Assembly: GCA_963663225.1 (NCBI GenBank)
Contig: OY760142.1
Span: forward strand, 1,440,001-1,504,000
Reading direction: 5' to 3'
Source: Nitrospirota bacterium
Lineage (GTDB): Bacteria > Nitrospirota > UBA9217
DNA: 64,000 nucleotides
The translations under genes were made by a program, and so were the position numbers. Positions 36,061 to 45,464 of the stretch are shown piece after piece; position 1 is the first letter of the stretch, and the number at the start of each line of letters is the position of its first letter. The notes beneath the pieces are model-generated. The model was not told where the DNA came from and did no database searches. It was given only the letters and a program-made list of their open reading frames with translations.

Positions 36061-36528
36061 ATGGCGGAGAAAAAAGAAAACACGGCAGTTGCGACGAACC
36101 GCAAGGCCCATCACGATTACTTCATTGAAGAAACGCTTGAAGCAGGAATCGTCCTGCAGGGCACGGAGGTAAAGTCGCTGCGCCTGGGCCTCGCGAACCT
36201 GACGGACAGCTATGCCATTGTAAAGAACAATGAAGTGTTTCTTTTTAATGCGAACATCAGTCCCTATCCCCATGGCAACATCATGAACCATGAACCGCTG
36301 CGGACCCGCAAACTCCTTCTTCATCGCGAAGAGATACGAAAGCTTATCGGAAAAATAAACCAGAAGGGCTTCACGCTTGTTCCGCTCAAGATTTATTTTG
36401 CGCGCGGAAAAGCCAAGGTGCTCATCGGCCTTGCCAAAGGCAAAAAGGCGTACGACAAGCGGGAAACGATCAAAGAGAAGGAATCAAAACGCGAAGTAGA
36501 GCGCGCAGTAAAAGAGCGCAGCCGATAG
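36061..36528 (+). CDS. smpB: SsrA-binding protein
   Basis: [41 protein letters not shown]. Confidence 0.97.
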   Translation: MAEKKENTAVATNRKAHHDYFIEETLEAGIVLQGTEVKSLRLGLANLTDSYAIVKNNEVFLFNANISPYPHGNIMNHEPLRTRKLLLHREEIRKLIGKINQKGFTLVPLKIYFARGKAKVLIGLAKGKKAYDKRETIKEKESKREVERAVKERSR

Positions 36529-36584
36529 GTGTCCTTCCTGCCGGTGTTCCAACAATTAATCCCACAGAGCATCTGAACTTCCAT

Positions 36585-36617
36585 GGTCGGCGCAGGAGCG
36601 CCGGCCTTTGCTATTTT
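36585..36617 (+). terminator. smpB terminator
   Basis: GGTCGGCGC-AGGA-GCGCCGGCC followed by TTTGCTATTTT. Confidence 0.65.
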
Positions 36618-36648
36618 TGATATACTGGAGGCAGGGAAAGGAGGTGAG
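36618..36648 (+). promoter_or_regulatory. Extended -10 promoter and strong RBS of the peptide gene
   Basis: TGnTATACT at 36618-36626; AAGGAGGTGA just upstream of ATG 36655. Confidence 0.6.
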
Positions 36649-36654
36649 GCCGGG

Positions 36655-36777
36655 ATGAAAAAGATCGTAAGCGAGTCAGCGCTGATCAAGGAAGCTGCCC
36701 TGTGGGAGAAAATGAAGGACGCGGTTCAGAAGCATCCTGCAACGGTATGCCACAAGTGAAAGAGCTGAAAGAGTTAA
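36655..36777 (+). CDS. Putative selenocysteine-containing RiPP precursor MKKIVSESALIKEAALWEKMKDAVQKHPATVCHKUKSUKS (34 aa if the first UGA is a stop, 40 aa with two Sec)
   Basis: Strong RBS; codons TGC CAC AAG TGA AAG AGC TGA AAG AGT TAA; downstream hairpin; adjacent to a radical SAM/SPASM gene. Confidence 0.7.
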
Positions 36778-36780
36778 AAA

Positions 36781-36813
36781 GCTGCCGGTCGGTAGCGAAA
36801 GTATCAAGGCAGC
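36781..36813 (+). promoter_or_regulatory. Candidate bacterial SECIS hairpin
   Basis: GCTGCC/GGCAGC lower stem, GGTA(G)C/GTATC upper stem, GAAA apical loop lying 28 and 37 nt after the two UGAs. Confidence 0.5.
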
Positions 36814-36886
36814 AGGAAGGCGGCATGACCGCAAAGACGTTCCGCGGCGGTCTATCCGCCTCCCTGCCCGTTTGTTATTTTCTATC

Positions 36887-36907
36887 GGCCGCCAGGGCGG
36901 CCTTTTT
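36887..36907 (+). terminator. Intrinsic terminator/attenuator between the peptide and rSAM genes
   Basis: GGCCGC-CAGG-GCGGCC followed by TTTTT. Confidence 0.65.
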
Positions 36908-36927
36908 GCTGAGCCTGAAATCATACT

Positions 36928-37977
36928 ATGTCCATAGGCAAGGAATTCGAATTCATTATACAATGGCATCTTACAGAACGATGCAACCTGCAGTGCTCCC
37001 ACTGCTACCAGGACGGAACGCATAAGCAGGAGCTTTCGACGGATGAGGTGCGGTCCGGATTCGAAGAGCTACAGGATCTGTTTTCCGCGTGGTCGGAGAT
37101 TCACGGTCTTGTCTTGATTCCGAGCTTTAATATTACCGGAGGAGAACCGCTTCTCAGGAATGATCTCTTTGAGATTCTGGAGGACCTTGCCGGCCGCGGC
37201 TGGGAAACGTTCGTGCTCACGAATGGAACTCTCGTCAACGAGCAGATCGCCCGCCGGTTCGTCGACCTGGGCATCAAGGGCGTGCAGGTAAGTCTGGAAG
37301 GCCCTGAAGCGACGCATGATGCGCTCCGTGGACCAGGAAGCTTCCATGCCTCGCTTTCCGGCATCCGCGCGCTTCTTCGCGAAGGCGTATCGGTGACTGT
37401 CAATGCCACGCTGTCGGAGATTAATGCCGAGGGGTTTTTCGATCTTGCCGAAACAGTTGCCCGACTAGGTGTCCCGCGCCTTGGGTTCTCGCGGCTCGTG
37501 CCTTCGGGGAAAGGTGAAACGTTGGCCGGGCGCATGCTCGCTCCCGATAGAGTGCGCAGTCTGTACCAGCGGATCATTTCGCTCTCCTATGAGAGTATGA
37601 CGATGACGACGGGTGATCCCGTGGCTGCATGCATGCGTACTGCAGAAGACGGGACTGATGACCAGGGAGATGTTGCTTTTGGTGGGTGCGCGGCCGGCGT
37701 GTCAGGACTTACGATCCTATCCGACGGGACGATTGTGCCGTGCAGGCGGCTTTCCATACCGATAGGGAATATACGGACCGAGTCGGTCCGTGAGGTCTGG
37801 GCGACCTCGCCGGTGCTCGACGCACTGCGAACGCGGGCGCGCTACGAGGGGAAGTGCGGCGCTTGCAGACACTGGGCGACCTGCCGCGGATGCAGAGCGA
37901 TTGCCTTCGCCTGGTCTCTTATCCGGGGGGAGGGAAACTTCCTTTCTGATGATCCTCAGTGTTTCCTGAGAACATGA
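36928..37977 (+). CDS. Radical SAM/SPASM domain protein (putative peptide maturase)
   Basis: QWHLTERCNLQCSHCY, TGGEP, TNG, QVSLEG, seven-Cys SPASM motif GCAAG..PC..KCGAC..TCRGC..DPQC. Confidence 0.92.
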   Translation: MSIGKEFEFIIQWHLTERCNLQCSHCYQDGTHKQELSTDEVRSGFEELQDLFSAWSEIHGLVLIPSFNITGGEPLLRNDLFEILEDLAGRGWETFVLTNGTLVNEQIARRFVDLGIKGVQVSLEGPEATHDALRGPGSFHASLSGIRALLREGVSVTVNATLSEINAEGFFDLAETVARLGVPRLGFSRLVPSGKGETLAGRMLAPDRVRSLYQRIISLSYESMTMTTGDPVAACMRTAEDGTDDQGDVAFGGCAAGVSGLTILSDGTIVPCRRLSIPIGNIRTESVREVWATSPVLDALRTRARYEGKCGACRHWATCRGCRAIAFAWSLIRGEGNFLSDDPQCFLRT

Positions 37978-38030
37978 TATAAAGCAAGAATACCGGCTAG
38001 AAAAAATCCGTTTTTTTCAAGTGACTGGCC

Positions 38031-38588
38031 TTATTTATTAGCAGAGGCCTCATCTTCTTCAAGGTCGAGTTCTGCACAGAACGTGATATCAACACGTTTT
38101 CCCACCATAAATCCCCCGCCTTCGATGTCCAGATTCCAGATCATGCCGAAGTCCTCTCGTTGAATGGTGGCGGTGGCGTTAACACCGTAAGTCGTATACG
38201 TTTTATCATCGTCGGCGAAATAGGACGGTCCCAGATAGGTAACATCAAAAAGTACCGGACGGGTAATCCCGCGGATTGTAAGATTTCCGGTAACTTTTAA
38301 AAAATTCATTCCCATGACTTCTACTGCTGTGCTTTTGAACAGTATGGCGGGAGACTTATCAACGTCAAAAAAATCCTCACTCCGTAAGTGGCTGTCTCTC
38401 CGGTCCACGCCGGTATAAACGCTGGCAGCGTCGACTTCAAGCTCTATGGTTGTTGCTGCGAGTTCAGCCGGGTCAAAAAAAATTGCTCCGCTGACCTTGG
38501 TAAAGAGACCATGAACGGCTGTCACCATCATGTGACGGACAGAAAAACCCGCCGATACATGATCCGGATCGATTTTCCACTTTGGCAT
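38031..38588 (-). CDS. YceI family protein
   Basis: WKIDPDH..FSVRHMM, RDSHLRSEDFFD, GNLTIRGIT, REDFG. Confidence 0.93.
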   Translation of the reverse strand: MPKWKIDPDHVSAGFSVRHMMVTAVHGLFTKVSGAIFFDPAELAATTIELEVDAASVYTGVDRRDSHLRSEDFFDVDKSPAILFKSTAVEVMGMNFLKVTGNLTIRGITRPVLFDVTYLGPSYFADDDKTYTTYGVNATATIQREDFGMIWNLDIEGGGFMVGKRVDITFCAELDLEEDEASANK

Positions 38589-38791
38589 TATTATAGACCT
38601 CTCTGACCAAGTTTGGATAAAATGGTATCACACGGGAGTACTGTTTTCAAGCAGTCCCGATGATCATCCTCCTTCCCCCGGTTCTTCCCTATTCTGCTAC
38701 AATTAATGCCATCAGACACAGCAGTTTTATGAAGTCGATAAGACCCAGCTGCATCTTTAGTCATATCGCAGTGTGCAGAAGGAGGTTCAGT

Positions 38792-39598
38792 ATGAAACGA
38801 ATGGCGATTTTTTTAGCGGCAATATTTCTCGGGACATTGACCGCAGGATTAACACCGGCTGATGCGAAGGTTATAGGGAAGAATGTCGAGTATTCGGCTC
38901 AAGGCGTTGTCTTGAAAGGCTACCTCGCCTATGACAGCAAGGTTACTGCCAAACGTCCCGGCATTTTGGTGGTCCACGAGTGGTGGGGATTGAACAATTT
39001 TGCGAGGACACGTGCGCGGATGCTGGCATCGGCAGGGTATACTGCCCTTGCCGTTGATATGTACGGTGATGGAAAACAGGCCATGCATCCGGATGACGCG
39101 GGCAAGTTTTCCGGAGAAATCATGAAGAACTTTGACATCGGTAAGGCGCGGTTTCTTGCGGCTCAGGACTTTTTGAAAAAGCAGCCGACCGTTGATCCGG
39201 ACCGGATTGCGGCAATCGGATATTGTTTCGGCGGGGGAGTGGTCCTGAACATGGCGCGACAGGGTGCAGATCTTTTGGGGGTCGCAAGCTTCCACGGGAA
39301 CTTAAAGGCAGTAAAGCCAGCGGAACCGGGAATGATAAAAGCCAAAATCAGGGTATATACCGGTGGTGCTGACAAACTTGTCCCACCCGAGGCAGTAGAA
39401 GCGTTTAAACAGGAAATGACCAATGCAAAAGCTGACTACCGGGTTACCGTATATCCGGGAGCACTGCACAGCTTCACGAGTCCGGAGGCGACCAAACTCG
39501 GCAAAAAATTCAAACTGCCGATGGCCTACAATGCAAACGCTGATGTGGAGTCCTGGAAAGATCTGATGAAATTTTTGAACGAAATTTTCAAGAAATAA
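38792..39598 (+). CDS. Dienelactone hydrolase family protein, exported
   Basis: Signal peptide, HEWWGLN, GYCFGG, SFHG, HSFT; AGGAGG RBS before ATG 38792. Confidence 0.92.
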   Translation: MKRMAIFLAAIFLGTLTAGLTPADAKVIGKNVEYSAQGVVLKGYLAYDSKVTAKRPGILVVHEWWGLNNFARTRARMLASAGYTALAVDMYGDGKQAMHPDDAGKFSGEIMKNFDIGKARFLAAQDFLKKQPTVDPDRIAAIGYCFGGGVVLNMARQGADLLGVASFHGNLKAVKPAEPGMIKAKIRVYTGGADKLVPPEAVEAFKQEMTNAKADYRVTVYPGALHSFTSPEATKLGKKFKLPMAYNANADVESWKDLMKFLNEIFKK

Positions 39599-39835
39599 CA
39601 ATGCACATACGGGCGCGGCCACCGCAAATGTGTCCGCGCCCGAAAAATTTTTTCCGGAGCATAACTGTGCTCACCCCGTTGTATACTCCGTAAGACAGTC
39701 TTTCTTGTCATTATAATTTTCTGCGTCGAATTATGATCAAAAACAGAGCAAGACATATTGTAAGGAATATGCCATTTATGCTATAGTAACCGCCGATGCA
39801 ATACGTTACGCAACTATACTCCAACCGGACTTCCC

Positions 39836-41320
39836 ATGAATGAAACAATACCGCTGAACGGCAACGTAAAAGACATGATTGTCCCCTGGCTCTTCCTTGC
39901 ACTGAACGCTGCAAAGAGGAACGGTACCGTTGTGTTCGAAAATGACGACGTGGTCAAGAAAGTCTATTTTTCTGCTGGAGACATTATTTCCGCTTCATCC
40001 AGCCAGAGTGAAGACCGGCTTGGTGAATGGCTCGTCCGGACAGGAGTGATAACCAGGCAGCAGTGCGATTCCGTCTCCGAACTTTTCAAGCAGACAGGGG
40101 AAAAAGAGGGGAAAATACTCGTTGACCAGGGGATCATCACCCAGGCGGCGCTGATGGAAGGCGTCAAGTCCCACGTCAAGCAGATTATCGTTTCCATACT
40201 TAACTGGCGGGACGGCAGTTATGTTTTTGAGGAAAACGTCCTTCCGGCATCGGATATCATCCCCCTTCAGATCAGCACGGGCAACCTGATTATTGAAGGA
40301 CTGCGCGAAATAGATTGGAAAGTCATACGCAAGTCCCTCCCTCCGCTTCGGACAATCGTTCGGCCCACGGAAAATCCATCGCACCTTTTCCAGGGTGCGG
40401 ACCTTGAGCGGGATCATTGGGATGTTTTTTCCCTTCTTGACGGCACAAAGAGCATGGAGGAAATCTGCGGGATCTCCGGGATCGGGGACTTTAATACGCT
40501 GAAAGCGATCTATGTGCTGCTGGCGCTGCGGATGGCGGAAGCCGGGGAATTGAAAACGGAGGAAGAAAAGAAATTTGCCAAAGAGGTTGTGCAGGAAGCG
40601 GTTCCTCCGAAAGAAGAAAAACGTGCGCCTGCCCGCGTGATCACCAGAGAAGAATTAAAAACCGTCTATGCCACTCTGGAACAACAGAACTATTATGAAC
40701 TGCTGAACGTCAGCCGCGGCGCCACCGGCCCGGAAATCAAGAAAGCGTACTTCGGTCTTGCCAAACTGTACCATCCGGACAGGCATTTTCAGCCAGAGAT
40801 GAGCGACATGAAGGAAATACTCGAAGCGCTGTTCGGAGCCGTGCATGATGCCTATGAAACGCTTTCAAACCAGGTTAAGCGCGACCAGTACGATCTTGCC
40901 CTTGATAAACCGGCAGCAAAGTCCCGCGTGGAAGAAAAAGCAAAACCAGGCCCGGCGGACAGCAAGGACAATGCCGACGCCCAGTATCAGGAAGGAATAA
41001 ACCGGTTTAAAGCAGGCAATTTCTGGGGTGCGGAAGAAGCTTTTCGCTGGGCCATGCGGCTTGACCCGGACAATGCCGAATATGTCTTCCGGCGGGCACA
41101 GACGCTCTCCCGCATACCGCGAAGAGGGCATGAAGCGGAGGAAAATTTCGTTAAGGCGGTCAAAATGTCGCCGAAAAAGATCGAGTACTATCTGCAACTG
41201 GGCGGTTTCTATGAAAAAATAGGTTTAAAATCGAAAGCACTGGCTGTGTATAATGACGCACTAAAAATCGAACCAACCTCGGAAAAAATCAAGGAAGCTG
41301 TTACAAAAATCAGTGGATAA
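39836..41320 (+). CDS. DUF4388-like domain plus J-domain plus TPR protein
   Basis: N-terminal KKVYF..G.I..ASS...RLGEWL..WRDGSYVF, J-domain NYYELL..IKKAY..YHPD, C-terminal TPRs. Confidence 0.85.
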   Translation: MNETIPLNGNVKDMIVPWLFLALNAAKRNGTVVFENDDVVKKVYFSAGDIISASSSQSEDRLGEWLVRTGVITRQQCDSVSELFKQTGEKEGKILVDQGIITQAALMEGVKSHVKQIIVSILNWRDGSYVFEENVLPASDIIPLQISTGNLIIEGLREIDWKVIRKSLPPLRTIVRPTENPSHLFQGADLERDHWDVFSLLDGTKSMEEICGISGIGDFNTLKAIYVLLALRMAEAGELKTEEEKKFAKEVVQEAVPPKEEKRAPARVITREELKTVYATLEQQNYYELLNVSRGATGPEIKKAYFGLAKLYHPDRHFQPEMSDMKEILEALFGAVHDAYETLSNQVKRDQYDLALDKPAAKSRVEEKAKPGPADSKDNADAQYQEGINRFKAGNFWGAEEAFRWAMRLDPDNAEYVFRRAQTLSRIPRRGHEAEENFVKAVKMSPKKIEYYLQLGGFYEKIGLKSKALAVYNDALKIEPTSEKIKEAVTKISG

Positions 41321-41477
41321 GGTATGTAAGACGTATACTATACACTGGAAGCGATGATTATTTAGTATACATTTTTTCTCAAATTGATATTCCTCCCTGC
41401 ATTTTTTTCAATTATTTCAAAATATTACGAAAAATAAATAATTAAGCAGTTTTTGCTTGACAAAAATTCAATATTAA

Positions 41478-41501
41478 TATACTAGTATACTAGTTTACTA
41501 G
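41478..41501. promoter_or_regulatory. Palindromic GntR-type operator overlapping the promoter
   Basis: Perfect 14-bp palindrome ACTAGTATACTAGT (41481-41494) downstream of TTGACA (41457); further GTATAC half-sites near 41333 and 41365. Confidence 0.6.
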
Positions 41502-41520
41502 AATGCAATACGGGAGCCCT

Positions 41521-42204
41521 ATGCTATTAAAACCGACAGAGACGATAGGCGAGCAAATTTATAAAGCCCTTCGCCGTGAGATCATTGAGATGAGAATAAA
41601 GCCGGGCGAAAAACTCTCTGAAGCTCAGATGGCAGAAAGATTCAAAGTCAGCCGGGCTCCGGTACGGGACGCTATCAGACGGTTGGAACAGGAGAAGCTT
41701 GTGCTGGTCAAACCGCAAATCGGCACGATTGTCTCTGAGATATTTCCTGACCAGGCCGCCGAGATATGTGAAGTGAGGCTCCTGCTGGAACCCCATGCCG
41801 CTTTCGTGGCAACCAGCCGGATTTCTGAGGATGATTTGGCGCTTTTAAAGACGGCTTTTGATCGGTTGTTGACACTGCCGGAAGGGAGTGAAGAGAGAAG
41901 GGCATTGGTTTTTCAAACCGACACTGATCTTCACGGAATGATCTGGCGGGCATGCAACAACCGTGAAATTGACAATATTCTGGAGCGCTATCGGGACCGA
42001 ATGCGCAGAATCCAGCTGACAACCATGGAGCTGGCAAACCGCCTGGCTCCCTCCGAGCAGGAGATGCGGAAGATTTTTGAAGGACTTGTGGCTCGTGATG
42101 CTGAATGCGCGCGGGGAGCCATGTACTGCCATATTTCCAATATTAAAAAAGCCTTCGAATCAGCGATGAAAAACAGGATATCAGCGGAGGGTGCTGAAAA
42201 ATGA
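41521..42204 (+). CDS. GntR/FadR (FCD) family transcriptional regulator
   Basis: PGEKLSE..MAERFKVSRAPVRDAIRRL, EVRLLLE, LH...N. Confidence 0.93.
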   Translation: MLLKPTETIGEQIYKALRREIIEMRIKPGEKLSEAQMAERFKVSRAPVRDAIRRLEQEKLVLVKPQIGTIVSEIFPDQAAEICEVRLLLEPHAAFVATSRISEDDLALLKTAFDRLLTLPEGSEERRALVFQTDTDLHGMIWRACNNREIDNILERYRDRMRRIQLTTMELANRLAPSEQEMRKIFEGLVARDAECARGAMYCHISNIKKAFESAMKNRISAEGAEK

Positions 42205-43610
42205 ACGCTGGCCTGCCTGCTGCCGATTTTTACCAGAACTACGAGGAACTCACCGCACATGGACAAATATCCATGCGCCGCGATGCCTTGCAAATTATCC
42301 GGGATGGAATCCGTGGAGCCGCGCCGGATCTCGGAACGGCTGCGATCATAACCTTGGAAGGAACTATGCTTCGGGTCGGCAGCCGTACTTTTTCCCTCAA
42401 AGAGTTCGAGCATATTTACGTTGTCGGGGCAGGCAAGGGGTCCTTTCCGATTGCTGAAACATTAGAAAAAATTCTCGGCGACCGGCTGAGCGGCGGCGTG
42501 GTGGTTGTCAAGGAAGGCGAGAAGAGACGTCTGAAGAAGATTGAGGTCCTTGAAGCAGGCCACCCGATTCCCAATGAAGCCAGCGTTACGGGAGCCCGGA
42601 AGGTTCTTGAAATGGCCCAACGGGCGGGAAAAAACGATTTGGTATTCGCCGCGGTAACAGGCGGCTCTTCAGCCCTGGTCACGCTCCCTCCTGAGGAGAT
42701 CACGCTGTCTGACATTCAAAAAGCAAATGACCTGCTTCTGAAGTGCGGCGGCACGATCAAGGATATCAACACCGTCAGAAAGCACTTGTGTCTTCTGAAG
42801 GGCGGGCGCCTGGTTGCCTCCATACAACCGGCCCAGGCCATCACGCTTACCCTGGATACCGCGCCGGAAGGTTTGCCCTGGCCTGATCTCTGCCTGGCGG
42901 ACCCTTCCACGTTTCAGGACGCCATCGATGTTTTGAAGCACTTTGACATATGGGATGCCGTCTCTCCCGCAATCCGCGGTTACCTCCAGAAGGGACTGGA
43001 CCACCCGGAACTGGAAACAATAAAGAGTTTGTCAGGCTTTAAGGCGGAACTCTTCAGTGTGGGAAGCCCTGTGTCCGCCTGCGAGGCGGCTTCGGAGAGT
43101 GCCAAAAAACTTGGATATCTGCCAATAATTCTCAGCACAAACCTGGAGGGAGAATCCATTGATATCGGCATCTGCCTGGCAGGAATAGCCAAAGAGGTGA
43201 TCCGCTATGACCGGCCTTTTCCCCGGCCCTGTGCCTTGATAACGGCTGGAGAAACGACCGTGACGATCCGCGATCAGCACGGCAGCGGTGGCCCCAACCA
43301 GGAAGTGGCTCTTGCGTTCGCGCAGAAGCTTGGCAAAAAACCGGACGTCTGCTGTGTCGCGATCGATACGGATGGAACAGACGGCCCGACGCAGATCGCC
43401 GGCGGTATCTCCGATGGAGAGACGCTGGAGCGCGCCCAAGCCATGGGACTGAGCATCGCCGAGCACCTGCGGCGGCACGACAGTGCCAATGCTCTTGGCC
43501 GGCTGGGTGATGCCATCGTTACCGGCCATACAGGAACAAACGTGATGAATCTGAGGGTCATCGTCATCGGACCAAAGCACAAAGTGGAGACAACCGCATG
43601 CAAGAAGTGA
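42201..43610 (+). CDS. Glycerate 2-kinase family (MOFRL/TtuD-like)
   Basis: VGAGK, AGHPIP, TGGSSAL, NTVRKH..KGGRL, GETTV, GGPNQE, TDGTDG, TGTNV. Confidence 0.9.
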   Translation: MNAGLPAADFYQNYEELTAHGQISMRRDALQIIRDGIRGAAPDLGTAAIITLEGTMLRVGSRTFSLKEFEHIYVVGAGKGSFPIAETLEKILGDRLSGGVVVVKEGEKRRLKKIEVLEAGHPIPNEASVTGARKVLEMAQRAGKNDLVFAAVTGGSSALVTLPPEEITLSDIQKANDLLLKCGGTIKDINTVRKHLCLLKGGRLVASIQPAQAITLTLDTAPEGLPWPDLCLADPSTFQDAIDVLKHFDIWDAVSPAIRGYLQKGLDHPELETIKSLSGFKAELFSVGSPVSACEAASESAKKLGYLPIILSTNLEGESIDIGICLAGIAKEVIRYDRPFPRPCALITAGETTVTIRDQHGSGGPNQEVALAFAQKLGKKPDVCCVAIDTDGTDGPTQIAGGISDGETLERAQAMGLSIAEHLRRHDSANALGRLGDAIVTGHTGTNVMNLRVIVIGPKHKVETTACKK

Positions 43611-44893
43611 TTCGAGCGATAGAGGCATATGAAATTCTTACCGGCCCCGGCAGGCCGACCGTCGAAGTAGAATTGACCACCTCCAATGGATTTCGGGTGA
43701 CCGCGTCGGTTCCGAGCGGGACCTCCACCGGTACCCATGAGGCAAAATCACTCTTTGACGGCGGAAGCCGGTTCAGAGGATATGGAGTGAAAAAAGCGGT
43801 GGACAATGTGAACCGTATTATCGCCCCGTCTCTCTGTGGCCGGGAGGTGATCCGCCAGAACCAAATCGACCGGCGGCTCATTGAGCTTGACGGCACGCCG
43901 AACAAGGAAAAGCTGGGCGGCAATGCCATCCTTCCGGTCTCGCTGGCCGTTGCTAAAGCAGCGGCAGCCTCTCTTAACATGCCCCTGTACCGCTATCTCG
44001 GCGGGATTGGTGCAAACCGACTTCCGGCACCGATTGCAACAGTCATTGCCGGAGGTGCCCACTCTCCTGCCCCGCTGGACTTCGAGGACTACATGGTCAA
44101 CCTCGATGGTTTCAATGATTTTTCCTCCGCTGCGGAGGCTCTTGCATCGATCCATTATATGTTAGGCGACCTGCTGAACAAACGGTACGGTGACGTTCCC
44201 AATTCCGGAGGAGCGTACGCCCCGCCTTTGAACGGAACCGAGCAGGCGTTTGAGATAATTCTTGAGGCAGTTGAGAAAGCGGGTTGCTCCGGCATGGTCT
44301 CCCTCGGGCTTGACATCGTTGGCACCGACCTCTTTCTTCGTGAGAAAGGCAGCTACTTGATATGCGGGCGGGAGATGTGTGTTGACGAGTATATCAGTTA
44401 CCTGGCGGAACTGGCCAAACGATACCCGCTGCAGTTGATCGAAGACGCCTTTCATGAGGACGATTACGAAAGCCAGGCGAAATTGGCGGCGCTTTTGCCG
44501 AATACATCCATCGTCGGTGACGACCTTTTCGCAACGAATGCGGCCAGACTCTCCCGGGGGATAGCTGTCCGGGCGGGCAACACCCTTCTTTTGAAAGTGA
44601 ATCAAGCAGGGACAGTGACCGAAGCTCTTGAGGCTGGCATGCTGGCAAGAAACAATGGGTTCGGAGTGATTGTCTCCCTGCGGTCCAATGATACGAATGA
44701 TGATTTTATCGCCGATCTGGCTGTGGCAGTAGGGGCCGGGAAAATAAAACTGGGCGGGCCTGTTCGGGGTGAACGAAACGCCAAATACAACAGACTGTTG
44801 AGAATTGAACAGCAACTGGGGCTGGATGCCCGGTTTGCAGGGGCCGTTAAAAGCTCGAGACGGATTCCTGAATCCGGCAGCAACAGAGGATGA
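43598..44893 (+). CDS. Divergent enolase paralog
   Basis: PTVEVE, VPSGTSTG.HEA, DGTPNK..LGGNAIL, IED, VGDD, KVNQ, ERNAKYNRLLRIE; several catalytic positions are altered. Confidence 0.88.
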   Translation: MQEVIRAIEAYEILTGPGRPTVEVELTTSNGFRVTASVPSGTSTGTHEAKSLFDGGSRFRGYGVKKAVDNVNRIIAPSLCGREVIRQNQIDRRLIELDGTPNKEKLGGNAILPVSLAVAKAAAASLNMPLYRYLGGIGANRLPAPIATVIAGGAHSPAPLDFEDYMVNLDGFNDFSSAAEALASIHYMLGDLLNKRYGDVPNSGGAYAPPLNGTEQAFEIILEAVEKAGCSGMVSLGLDIVGTDLFLREKGSYLICGREMCVDEYISYLAELAKRYPLQLIEDAFHEDDYESQAKLAALLPNTSIVGDDLFATNAARLSRGIAVRAGNTLLLKVNQAGTVTEALEAGMLARNNGFGVIVSLRSNDTNDDFIADLAVAVGAGKIKLGGPVRGERNAKYNRLLRIEQQLGLDARFAGAVKSSRRIPESGSNRG

Positions 44894-44965
44894 CGAACAT
44901 CACAACGTAAAATTGTGTCCGTTCCGGGAGACGCTCGACGGAGAGGCGGTATTGCAGGACAGAAT

Positions 44966-45454
44966 ATGAAAAATAAAAGTCAAAAAGATTTTGTCAGCGG
45001 GTTAATGTTTACAATCATCGGCATTGCCTTTGCCTGGGGTGCCAAATCCTATGAGATGGGGGAAACCTCTCGCATGGGGCCGGGCTATTTCCCCCTGCTG
45101 CTGGGGATCATACTGGTAATTCTGGGCATTGCCATTACCATTCAGTCAATGGTGATAAAAACGATTGACGGTGAAAAGATCGGATCATGGGCCTGGCGGC
45201 CGCTGCTTTTTATCATTGGCGCCAATGTGGCCTTCGGCATACTGCTTACAGGACTCTCTTCCATAAAACTGCCGTCCATGGGGATGATTCTGGGCATTTA
45301 TGCTCTGACGATCATAGCAAGCTTGGCCAGCCGGCAGTTCAAGATTGGCGAGGTGCTTATTCTGGGCACGGTCCTGGCTGTGGGAAGCTATCTGGTATTT
45401 GTGCTTCTGCTTAAATTGCAGCTTCCGGTATGGCCTGTCTTTATCGCAGGCTAA
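44966..45454 (+). CDS. tctB: Tripartite tricarboxylate transporter TctB
   Basis: KDFVSG, MGPGYFP, four TMs, C-terminal LPVWP. Confidence 0.9.
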   Translation: MKNKSQKDFVSGLMFTIIGIAFAWGAKSYEMGETSRMGPGYFPLLLGIILVILGIAITIQSMVIKTIDGEKIGSWAWRPLLFIIGANVAFGILLTGLSSIKLPSMGMILGIYALTIIASLASRQFKIGEVLILGTVLAVGSYLVFVLLLKLQLPVWPVFIAG

Positions 45455-45464
45455 GGAGATAATA

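Noticed and set aside
36529-36927. tmRNA (ssrA) expected beside smpB
   Set aside because: No tRNA-Ala-like GGGG 5' end or TTCGA..CCACCA 3' end; the space is occupied by a terminator, the peptide ORF and hairpins.
36676-37025. Track ORFs 36702-37025 (+) and 36676-37023 (-)
   Set aside because: No RBS or recognisable motif, and they overlap the rSAM gene; the ORF at 36655 has much better signals.
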